The notes below the pieces were generated by a model that saw only the letters and a program-made list of their open reading frames with translations, did not search any database and was not told the origin of the DNA. A DNA stretch of 16,507 nucleotides from positions 1 through 16,507 of the forward strand of contig JADGIF010000161.1 in assembly GCA_018985225.1 (NCBI GenBank). Reading direction: 5' to 3'. This document shows positions 8,324-16,253 of this stretch, piece after piece. Source of the stretch: Amoeboradix gromovi X-113. Taxonomy: Eukaryota > Fungi > Sanchytriomycota. Within the stretch, counting starts at the first letter, position 1. The number at the start of each line of letters is the position of its first letter. Both the position numbers and the translations under genes were made by a program.

Positions 8324-9406
8324 TTAAAAGCAGCAGCGCCACCATGATCTTCTAATATCACTTATTTTCTCTTCTTCTATCGCTTTCTCCACGTGCGGTG
8401 TAGCTTGCTATGTTAATTACTAAATTACTTGTAATTCTTTGAATTGCTGTAGTCGAACCCAATCATAATCGTTAAGTTTGGTCTCTTTTGAAAACCCGCT
8501 GTTTTGTGTACCCGTAGAGATAGTGCTACCAGGGTTGGCATTCTTTGCCATGGTCTCAAACAGTTTAGTCAAATACGGGTAATCTGGGTCCTCTTCAAAC
8601 GCAAGTCTTCTAGCATATGTCATGTATTCAGAAAGCTCTTTGGGTAAATTTGCACACAATTCGGATATAGTTACTGATTGTTTTTTCTCGCCAATCTTTT
8701 CGTATTTTTGACGATTAGTAGCTGCTTTTAAGCCCTGCCAAGGTAAAGAACCCCTCAGAAAGTACACAAATACATGGCCCAACGCTTCTATATCATCCCT
8801 TCGACTCTGTTCTCTACCAAGATGAGTATGGATGGACATGTACCTAGCAGTACCACTTAGGGATTTACGCTCTCGATAAGGAATATGTTGCTTAGTACGG
8901 GGATCTCTAAAATGCTTACACATACCAAAATCGAGAAGAAATATAATATGTTGAGATGAACCGCCGGGTCTACCAATCAAGAAATTATCAGGTTTTATAT
9001 CTCTGTATATGAGATGCTTGTTATGCAGTAGTTCAATTCGCTTGAGCATTTGAGTAGCTAAAACAGCGGTGGTTTGTATTGTAAACTGTCTATTACACAT
9101 ATCAAATAGATCCTCTAAACTAGGACCCAACAAATCCATTACCAAAACATTATGAACACCTTCCTGACCAAAATAGTAGCAATTCGCTATTCCTTCGCAT
9201 CCTTGAAGAAGTTTGTAGGTTCTATACTCGTCTCTCAATTGAGGTGCATCACTTTTACGGTGTTCAAATTTAATAGCGACAAATTGATTATTTGTTAAGT
9301 TAATTCCTTGATAAATCACTCCAAAAGATCCTTCACCTATTCTCTTGACGACTTTGTAGTGTATACCAATTATCGAGTTGGATATTTGATTTTGTTTCTC
9401 GCTCAT
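8324..9406 (-). CDS. Casein kinase I, membrane-anchored Yck1/Yck2/Cki type; join(9406..8429, 8407..8324), 353 aa
   Basis: IGEGSFG, HRKSDAPQLRDEY, YRDIKPDNFL and KSLSGTARYMSIHTHLGREQSRRDD are CK1 signatures. Removing a 21-nt intron extends the protein by 27 aa to end in RRSWWRCCF*, the di-Cys palmitoylation-type tail, with AATAAA 6 nt after the stop. Confidence 0.93.
8408..8428 (-). other. 21-nt GT-AG spliceosomal intron in CK1
   Basis: GTAATTTAGTAATTAACATAG: GTA donor, TTAAC branch-like motif 4 nt from the 3' end, TAG acceptor; phase 0; contains an in-frame TAG. Confidence 0.85.
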
Positions 9407-9572
9407 TGATTTTACTTTTTAGTGTTTCGAATTTCCAATATTTTAGAAAACAACATTGAAGTCTCCATAAACTTTCGCGGCAGATCGGTTCTAGTATCTG
9501 GGCTGGGCAGCTATATATTGGTGCCATAGCTTACTAAAGAATAAAAAAATAATGTCAAGTATTTATTAATCC

Positions 9573-10659
9573 TTAAAATGGAGCAACGTCAAACAACATT
9601 GACACTGACTCACCATGGTGAATGCGTCTTATTGCTTCTGATAACAGCCCAGACGCATCAAACACTTTTAACTTGGGGCAGCGATCCAAATGAGCCACTT
9701 GTGGTATAGTATTGCTGACAGTGATTTCATCAATTGGGGAGTTATTGATTAAATCGATCGCATTATCACTGAACACACCATGCGTTACTATAGCACAAAC
9801 ACGTGAAGCACCATTATCCATTAAAAGATGAGATGCTCGAGCTATGGTTTTACAAGTGCTAAGTTAACAATAAATACTCTGCCATATCATCAATAATTAT
9901 ACAAAGACGATCTTTAACATCTCCTACCAGAAGCATGTGTTGTCTCTGTTTTGTAGTCTTTTTGTGAATTAATACAAACTCTAATCCTAGTTCTTCAGCT
10001 ATAATAGCTGCTCTCTTGGCACCACCCGCATCTGGGGAACAAATAGCTGCATTCTTCCATCCTTTGACTTGCTCGACTTGATGAATGATTAAGGGTTTAC
10101 AGTACAAGTTGTCCACAGGGATATCAAAGTATCCTTGAAATTGAGGATCATGAAGATCCAAAGTGATAACATGATCGCACCCAGCTACACTTAGCAAATT
10201 AGCAATCAAAGTACCACTTCTGGCTGTCCATCCTCGGTAATTAAACGACAAATTAGTTACAGGATCCAGTTCATCTTTGCTGCTGAACCCAGTATCTTCA
10301 TTGCTTTGAGCAGAGCATATGCGATGCCTTTCTATATCCTTTGGGAGCTTAGCATACGGTCCGTCAGGCTGTCTGGAATAAAAGAAATGAGGAATCACAA
10401 CTACTACCTTATTTGCAGAGGCAATTTTGCAAGAATGAACCATGATCATTAGTTCCATGAATGAGTCATTTACGTTTTCGTTGCACGTCTGTATAATATA
10501 CACATCTTGACCGCGAACACTTTGCTTTATTTCTACATTAGTCTCTTGATTCATAAACTTGCTGCTTTTGACGCTACCTGGCTGCATACCCAGTCTGGCA
10601 CATATTTTATTAACTAAGTTTGGGTGTGAAGAGCCCGGTAAGATTACTAAATTTCTCAT
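9573..10659 (-). CDS. Ribose-phosphate pyrophosphokinase, Prs5-like subunit; join(10659..9878, 9858..9573), 355 aa
   Basis: MRNLVILPGSSHP start, SVRGQDVYIIQT, ITLDLHDPQFQGYFDIPVDNL, SPDAGGAKRA and LLSEAIRRIHHGESVSMLF. The two track ORFs join through a 19-nt intron that restores the PRPP-binding loop DDMADTCKT; the spliced length of 1068 nt is divisible by 3. An insertion after YSRQ ending in W-x-A-x-x-GTLIANLL resembles fungal Prs5. Confidence 0.93.
9859..9877 (-). other. 19-nt GT-AG spliceosomal intron in PRS
   Basis: GTATTTATTGTTAACTTAG interrupts the Asp codon GA|C of DDMADT (phase 2); TTAAC lies 4 nt from the 3' end. Confidence 0.9.
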
Positions 10660-10847
10660 TGTTTTATTCCAATATCCGTTTTTCAAATTTTGACAAGATA
10701 AACACAAGAGCTTTAAAAGATTAATACTGCATAGCAGCTTCTCTTAAGTGCTAAATATCCCGGTTGTGCTGTGTGGTCTTTGAGAATAATTCAAAGAAAT
10801 ATGAAACAAAATTTATGGAATTATGAAAACAATCAAGTTTATTGTGT

Positions 10848-11462
10848 CTACAACTTCATGAATGCAGCTGTGTCAACGCTTTGTACGAAATCTTCAAACT
10901 CAACAATTTTTTCAGATAACTCTTCGATACTGACTTTATCATCTTCAACGACGCAATTAATTTGTAATTTCTTGATTCCAAATCCAATAGCAACGAATTT
11001 GTGCTGACCCCAGACCAATCCCTCCATTTCAATGGACTTGACTAATTTTAACATTTCTTCTAAATCAGTAGTGTCATCCCATGGTTTGCAATCTAAAGTG
11101 ACCATGGACTTAGCAATTACTTTTGGCTTCTTTTCTTTCTTTGCCCTGTACTCAGCCAATCTTGCTTCCTTCAACTTTTCAGCTTCTTCATCAACTTCAG
11201 AGTCGCTGCCGAACAGATCAATATCATCGTCTTCCTCTGCCGGCTTTGATTTTGGTTCAGATTTACCTTTAGGTGTTGCTTTTCCTGTGGTCTTTTGAAT
11301 ATGATTGTACCATCTTTTTAAATGAGGCAAAGCGGGCTCTTTGGTGATCAGCTTTAAAATTTCATCATCTAGATCACTCTTTTGGTAACCTCCAACATAG
11401 GAATATGCGCTCAACAACTGATTTAAAACTTTATAAAAAGTCTGATCGTTTACTGTAACCAT
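10848..11462 (-). CDS. EFB1: Translation elongation factor eEF1B-alpha (EF-1 beta)
   Basis: [47 protein letters not shown] and GFGIKKLQI motifs. Confidence 0.96.
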   Translation of the reverse strand: MVTVNDQTFYKVLNQLLSAYSYVGGYQKSDLDDEILKLITKEPALPHLKRWYNHIQKTTGKATPKGKSEPKSKPAEEDDDIDLFGSDSEVDEEAEKLKEARLAEYRAKKEKKPKVIAKSMVTLDCKPWDDTTDLEEMLKLVKSIEMEGLVWGQHKFVAIGFGIKKLQINCVVEDDKVSIEELSEKIVEFEDFVQSVDTAAFMKL

Positions 11463-11487
11463 TACAAAAAAAATTTAGCTGCTAACA

Positions 11488-11760
11488 GATTGGGTAACCC
11501 ACGTGCAAAATGAAGGAGAAGGCAATTAGTCAAATAGTTTTATGATATCAGTTTTCGATATAATATAATGATATTTTCAGGTTTACCACTCAATTAATGA
11601 ATCAGACATGTCTTTAGTGTATTGAAAATTTGAAAGTGAGGCTTGGTTTACCAAGATTTAAAATCACATTGTGTACATACAAGTTACGCAATATAGGGGT
11701 GGATTGGGTAAGTCAGGGGTGGTCACCAAATGATTGAGACCAATCCCTTACCCACACGTG
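11488..11760. promoter_or_regulatory. Divergent EFB1/bZIP promoter region with paired TGGGTAA/TTACCCA and CACGTG motifs
   Basis: GATTGGGTAA at 11488-11497 and 11702-11711, TTACCCA at 11748-11754, and E-box CACGTG at 11500-11505 and 11755-11760, each E-box about 40-45 nt upstream of one of the two divergent ATGs. Confidence 0.45.
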
Positions 11761-11804
11761 GAAACACCGATTACTTTTAGGTTACAATTGCCATTAACTG
11801 GTAA

Positions 11805-12320
11805 ATGGGCGAAGAAGAGTCAGTTGTAGGGTATACCAAAACAGGAAGGGCATTAACGAACGATGAGGCGGAAAAACGGCGTAGAAATAACGCGGCAAGT
11901 GCAAGGTTTAGAGCAAAAAAAAAAGCCCTGGAACAGAACTTACATCGAAACATTCGGGAACAGTCATATCGTTCCCAATATCTTGAAGCCAGATGCAAAG
12001 AATTAGAACATGGCATGCTAAGCTTGATTCAGTTTGCACAATCCAAAGGCGTTGATATCCCCCCTCATTATTTGCCTCCTAATGTTAATAATCATGTTAT
12101 GACTGCACCATCATCTATTCCGGGGTCGCCTTCACTTGGAAATCCAATGTCCAGCTCTTTACCAAGTCCATTGTACATGACATCCATACCAGGATCACCA
12201 GAGCTAGGAAGCCCACTTTTGTCAACGCCTTCAACGCCTCATATGCATATTCCTTTACCACCATTTTTGCCTTTTAGAGAGGAAGACACAGACCCTTCTA
12301 ACTTCAGATTGAGCTGTTAG
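11805..12320 (+). CDS. bZIP transcription factor, MetR/CYS-3/Zip1-like basic region
   Basis: EKRRRNNAASARFRAKKK..EQ matches the KRxRNxAASARFRxKKK basic region of fungal sulfur regulators, followed by a degenerate zipper and a Ser-Pro-rich tail with SIPGSP twice. Confidence 0.85.
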   Translation: MGEEESVVGYTKTGRALTNDEAEKRRRNNAASARFRAKKKALEQNLHRNIREQSYRSQYLEARCKELEHGMLSLIQFAQSKGVDIPPHYLPPNVNNHVMTAPSSIPGSPSLGNPMSSSLPSPLYMTSIPGSPELGSPLLSTPSTPHMHIPLPPFLPFREEDTDPSNFRLSC

Positions 12321-12449
12321 AAATTAAAAGTGTAATAAATACTATAGAATGTAATTTTATTTTTCGTTTGTACATCAACTTTTTTTAGCTAACAAGCCTA
12401 GCTAGTAACGAAGTTCTTTATATATAATTCTAACAAGGATCTCTAACAT

Positions 12450-12520
12450 GGGAAATTGGTGTAGTGGTAACATTCTTGCTTTGGGTGCAAGGGCCCTCGG
12501 TTCGATTCCGGGATTTCCCC
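12450..12520 (+). tRNA. tRNA-Pro (anticodon TGG), intronless
   Basis: Acceptor stem GGGAAAT/ATTTCCC, A-box TGGTGTAGTGG, anticodon arm CTTGC-TTTGGGT-GCAAG, T-loop GGTTCGATTCC, and a T5 Pol III terminator 4 nt downstream. Confidence 0.96.
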
Positions 12521-12637
12521 TAGATTTTTACTTCTGTGAAATGCTTCTTGATAACTATTTTATTACTCTAAGCGCTGCATTTCTTTACGGAATCATTTAA
12601 AGTTTTAAAATTCTCGTGAATAATAGTATTACCCATC

Positions 12638-13240
12638 ATGTCGTTGGAAATTACGCAGATCCGCTTTGCTTTCTTTTCTATAGTTCATCAAATGTGGGTA
12701 AGGGCTGTCTGCTGCAGTATTTTAACTATATTTTTCAACATCCCTATTTTGACCAGTGCTATCTGGATGGCATTGCTAGTTTCTAGTTGTCAGCTAGCTA
12801 TCTCGGAGAATAACAAGTTTGTACTGCTGTTTGATTCCTTATTCAAATTTATGTTGTTCTTTTCACTCAAATCGAATTCTTTGTTTTATATCTGGTATCT
12901 TACCCTCAGTTTTTCAAATTATATAGATTTTAGTATCCAAAGGCAAAACGCTCAAAGTCTTTATATAAGCCGCTCTTTGCAACAAGAACACGAAGTATTC
13001 AACTTTATATATACCATACGAGAGAAATCCATGTCGAGTCTCTGTGCTTATTTTGTGAACAGTGTAGTTGAAGGATACATAATTCAGAACGAGCTGGTCC
13101 ATTCTCAGACAATATTCAAGCTGCTTCCAATGCTGTATTGTTTTATTCAAATTTATTGTTTAAATATTAACTATTCTCATTTACAAGAAATCCGAGTTGT
13201 TTTACCTCGAAGAGATTCCAAAATGCAAAGCCAGCTGTAG
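12638..13240 (+). CDS. Hypothetical multi-pass membrane protein, 200 aa
   Basis: ORF rich in F/I/L with several hydrophobic segments; the TAG stop is followed 2 nt later by AATAAA; no family recognised. Confidence 0.65.
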   Translation: MSLEITQIRFAFFSIVHQMWVRAVCCSILTIFFNIPILTSAIWMALLVSSCQLAISENNKFVLLFDSLFKFMLFFSLKSNSLFYIWYLTLSFSNYIDFSIQRQNAQSLYISRSLQQEHEVFNFIYTIREKSMSSLCAYFVNSVVEGYIIQNELVHSQTIFKLLPMLYCFIQIYCLNINYSHLQEIRVVLPRRDSKMQSQL

Positions 13241-13267
13241 CTAATAAAACTAATTTACTGAATTTTG

Positions 13268-14824
13268 TTACCTCTTCTTTCGCACTATAACCTTCTTTGG
13301 CTGCCGCTGTCCCTGCCCTTGCTGTGCCATTCCTCCCATATTTGCCATCATTTGTGACAGATCAGGCATCCCACCGCCCGACACCATACTCTTCATCATC
13401 TCTGCCATTCCGCCGTTTCCCATCATGCTCTTCATCATATCCGCCATTCCTCCACTTTGCATCATTTCTTGCAAGTTTGGCTGGTGGCCCTGCTGCATAG
13501 CATTCTGCATTTGTGGGTTGTTTCTTGCCATATTGGCCATTAATCCATTCTTTCCTCCCAATTGTTTGACCATTCCTGAGAATTGATCCTGCATAGCTAA
13601 TACCCTTCTAACTTCTATGGGATGTACTCCGGCACCTAAAGCTACCCTTCTGATATAGCTATTGTCTTCAAAACATTTTCCGTTGCTGTCAAGTTCAATC
13701 TCGGTCATACTGTAAAGCACCGCAGTCATTCTTCGCATGAATACGCCACCCTCTTTATCCATTTCTTCGGTCATCATTTCTTGTGGCATCCCCGGTAGCA
13801 TAGACATCATAGAGCTCATGGAGCCCATGGATTGCATCATTTTAATTTGCTCAAATAAATCCCTTAGACAATACTTACCCTGTTGCATCCGTTCTATTGA
13901 TGGTTGGTTATGCATGGATTGCGCGTGCTCAATTAAGCCTTGAAGGTCACCTTGTCCCATTATTTTACCAACAAATCTGGTAGCGTCAAATTTCTCGAAT
14001 TGGTGGTAGTGCTCACCAGTTCCTACAAAAATAATAGGGGATTTAGTAGCTGCAACTGCTGATAATGCTCCGCCTCCTTTCGAACCATCTAATTTAGTTA
14101 AAATGACAGAACCCACATCTACTGCATCCTTAAATGCCTTAGCTTGGTGGAACGCCTGCTGTCCAATTGTACCATCCATAACAAATATAGTATGGTGAGG
14201 ATTAGCAACATCTATGATTTCTTTCATTTCATCAAATAGCGACTCTTCTTGTTTGTGTCTACCAGCAGTGTCTACAAGAATTAGCTCAAACCCATGCTGC
14301 CTAAATTTGTTTATACCCTCACGAGCTATAACTGCGGGATCGCTTTCATCATAGCTACCGTAAAATGGCACTTTGATCTTTTTAGCATTTTGCTGAAGTT
14401 GGTCGAATGCGCCGGCACGAAAAGTGTCGCAAGCTACTAGCCCAACCTTGAATCCTCGCTGCTTATAGTAATAGGCATACTTCATAATAGTGGTAGTTTT
14501 ACCAGCTCCCTGTAATCCAACAAATACAACAACGCTATTTCTCTTCTTTGAGGGTTCCCAGTTCTTTTTATTTTTACCATTACCATCCAACAGTTCTATT
14601 AAACTCTGACATAAACAGTTCATTACCAATTTTCTATCAATCTTTTCACCCACGCATTGCTTCTTAATACTAGTACGAAGCTTTACAACTAACTGAACAT
14701 TTACATCAGCACCGATTAGTATTTTACCTAGTTCCTTGAGCATTTCATCTAGTGCTGCATCATTTAAGAATGGGGTGTGTATTCTAACTAATTTGGACAA
14801 TTGAGAAGCCAGGTCATTCAGCAT
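13268..14824 (-). CDS. SRP54: Signal recognition particle 54-kDa subunit
   Basis: GLQGAGKTTT, DTFRAGAFDQL, DTAGRHKQE, TKLDG-KGGGALSA and FVGTGEH GTPase motifs; Met-rich M domain. Confidence 0.97.
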   Translation of the reverse strand: MLNDLASQLSKLVRIHTPFLNDAALDEMLKELGKILIGADVNVQLVVKLRTSIKKQCVGEKIDRKLVMNCLCQSLIELLDGNGKNKKNWEPSKKRNSVVVFVGLQGAGKTTTIMKYAYYYKQRGFKVGLVACDTFRAGAFDQLQQNAKKIKVPFYGSYDESDPAVIAREGINKFRQHGFELILVDTAGRHKQEESLFDEMKEIIDVANPHHTIFVMDGTIGQQAFHQAKAFKDAVDVGSVILTKLDGSKGGGALSAVAATKSPIIFVGTGEHYHQFEKFDATRFVGKIMGQGDLQGLIEHAQSMHNQPSIERMQQGKYCLRDLFEQIKMMQSMGSMSSMMSMLPGMPQEMMTEEMDKEGGVFMRRMTAVLYSMTEIELDSNGKCFEDNSYIRRVALGAGVHPIEVRRVLAMQDQFSGMVKQLGGKNGLMANMARNNPQMQNAMQQGHQPNLQEMMQSGGMADMMKSMMGNGGMAEMMKSMVSGGGMPDLSQMMANMGGMAQQGQGQRQPKKVIVRKKR

Positions 14825-14921
14825 GGGAAATGTTTTGAAATTTAATTTAAAGATATTTACTAAATACCGTTTGAAGAGGTAATTGAAGTAGTACTTTATG
14901 ACGCTTCAAGAAAAAGATTTA

Positions 14922-15770
14922 TTATTTACCATGAGCTGCTCTTAATTGGATCACTGTTGCTTGTTGATCGGGTGGTAAAGATGATATTTGTTCTTGAGAT
15001 AGTGCCAATACTTGTCTTAACAGGGCTTGCTGGTCCACATTCTGCGGTTGTTGCTGCTGTGGCTGCTGGATTGGCTGCTGGTGGATCGGCTGCTGAACAG
15101 GTGCGGATTGTACATATTGTGGCTGCTGAGGTTGAGAAACAGGCTGCGAGAGAATATTCTGTATGGTAGGCTGGTCTACTAGATTAAGCATAATCAAGAC
15201 CTGCAGTACAGCAAAAGATAAATTGGGATTGCTTAAAAGTATATTCTGCATTTCGTTTGGATTGCTGATTACCAATTCTCTGACCTGTGTTATTAGTTGG
15301 AGTAACTGGTCATGCTGCATGTTACCCAATGTGTTTGTAATAATCTGCAGATTTGTAGAGACGTTGGGCATTGCTTGCTGTTGGGCTTGTTGAGTATTCG
15401 GTTGCTGCTGTAGAAATAAAGAGCGCTGAGAGGGATCCAATGAAGCCGCAACCTGTTGTTGAACACGTTCGCTTTCTTTTTGTAAATTTTGTTGCACTTC
15501 TCTAGAGGTATTTTTTAGACCTTCGTTCGCCCAACCGACTCTAAGATTTCTTCCAAAAGCCTCGAACCCATTCATATTGCGAACTGCGCTGGAAGCTGTC
15601 TCATGGTCATAAAATTCACAAAATGCGTAACCCTTTGGTCTTTTTGTGTCTTTGTCTGTGACCAATCTAAAAGAATTAACCGGGCCTACCCTAGAAAACA
15701 CTTGTTTTAATCCTTGTTCCGTAGCGTCATAAGAAATGTTTCCAACAAAGACAATTTTAGGCAAATCCAT
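14922..15770 (-). CDS. RNA15: Cleavage stimulation factor 64-kDa subunit (CstF-64/Rna15)
   Basis: RRM VFVGNISY...LVTDKDTKRPKGYAFCEF...ASSAVRNMNG, hinge domain (LLSNPNLSFAVLQ), Gln/Pro linker and C-terminal QVLALSQEQISSLPPDQQ..LR domain. Confidence 0.95.
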   Translation of the reverse strand: MDLPKIVFVGNISYDATEQGLKQVFSRVGPVNSFRLVTDKDTKRPKGYAFCEFYDHETASSAVRNMNGFEAFGRNLRVGWANEGLKNTSREVQQNLQKESERVQQQVAASLDPSQRSLFLQQQPNTQQAQQQAMPNVSTNLQIITNTLGNMQHDQLLQLITQVRELVISNPNEMQNILLSNPNLSFAVLQVLIMLNLVDQPTIQNILSQPVSQPQQPQYVQSAPVQQPIHQQPIQQPQQQQPQNVDQQALLRQVLALSQEQISSLPPDQQATVIQLRAAHGK

Positions 15771-15827
15771 TTACTAGTATTTAGAGTTTCACCCTCGGTC
15801 CAACAGAACTTAAAATTTCAAGAATAA

Positions 15828-16133
15828 ATGATATATCAAGAATACACGAGCAATAACGACCAATCTTCACGCTTTCTAGTTTTTTCGATCGACATAAATA
15901 CGCGCTCTTCTTCCTTATCATCAATGAGGGATGGGTCAAAGCGCCATGATCCAGAATATGTGAAATCTAAAGAAATAACTAGCAGGTACAGCATACATTC
16001 AGAGTGTAAACAGAAAGGAAAGACGTTTGTTGATTGTAATGAATCATTTACTAGTCAGACATGCACAAGGTGATCAACTGTCATTTGGAGAAAGAGACCA
16101 TTTTGAGATCCAATCTGTAAAAACCAGACTGGT
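15828..16133 (+). pseudogene. Internally deleted, frameshifted Fanzor2/TnpB-like remnant (family B)
   Basis: ORF contains LVFSIDINTRS (RuvC-I-like) and ECKQKGKTFVDCNESFTSQTCTR (RuvC-II Glu + first zinc Cys); downstream frames give FGERDHFE and xPICK. Aligns by eye with the minus-strand remnant at 601-801 (e.g. tgtagtgaagcatttacta vs tgtaatgaatcatttacta). Confidence 0.75.
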
Positions 16134-16253
16134 CAATTTGTATCGAAATTCCAAAATAAATACTCTGTACAGCTATTCTCTTACTCTGTACAAAGTAGAC
16201 TACCGCTCTGAGATAATTCAAATAAACCTTTGATTCATAACACTAATTCATAA

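Noticed and set aside
9573-10707. PRS as a frameshifted pseudogene or a programmed frameshift
   Set aside because: A canonical GT-AG 19-nt excision restores the exact conserved motif and frame.
15040-15135. (CAG/CAA)-rich repeats on the minus strand as a repeat array
   Set aside because: They encode the Gln/Pro linker of Rna15; there is no repeat-spacer structure.
1507-15393. Short antisense or alternate-frame ORFs overlapping conserved genes (e.g. 2608-2931, 5432-5677, 11032-11298, 13737-13943, 15163-15393)
   Set aside because: Shadow ORFs of real genes with no recognisable motifs.
902-15770. Stop-codon reassignment (TAR to Gln, or TGA as sense)
   Set aside because: TAA and TAG end conserved proteins at expected positions and no in-frame TGA occurs inside conserved genes; the absence of TGA stops in 13 genes is not sufficient evidence.
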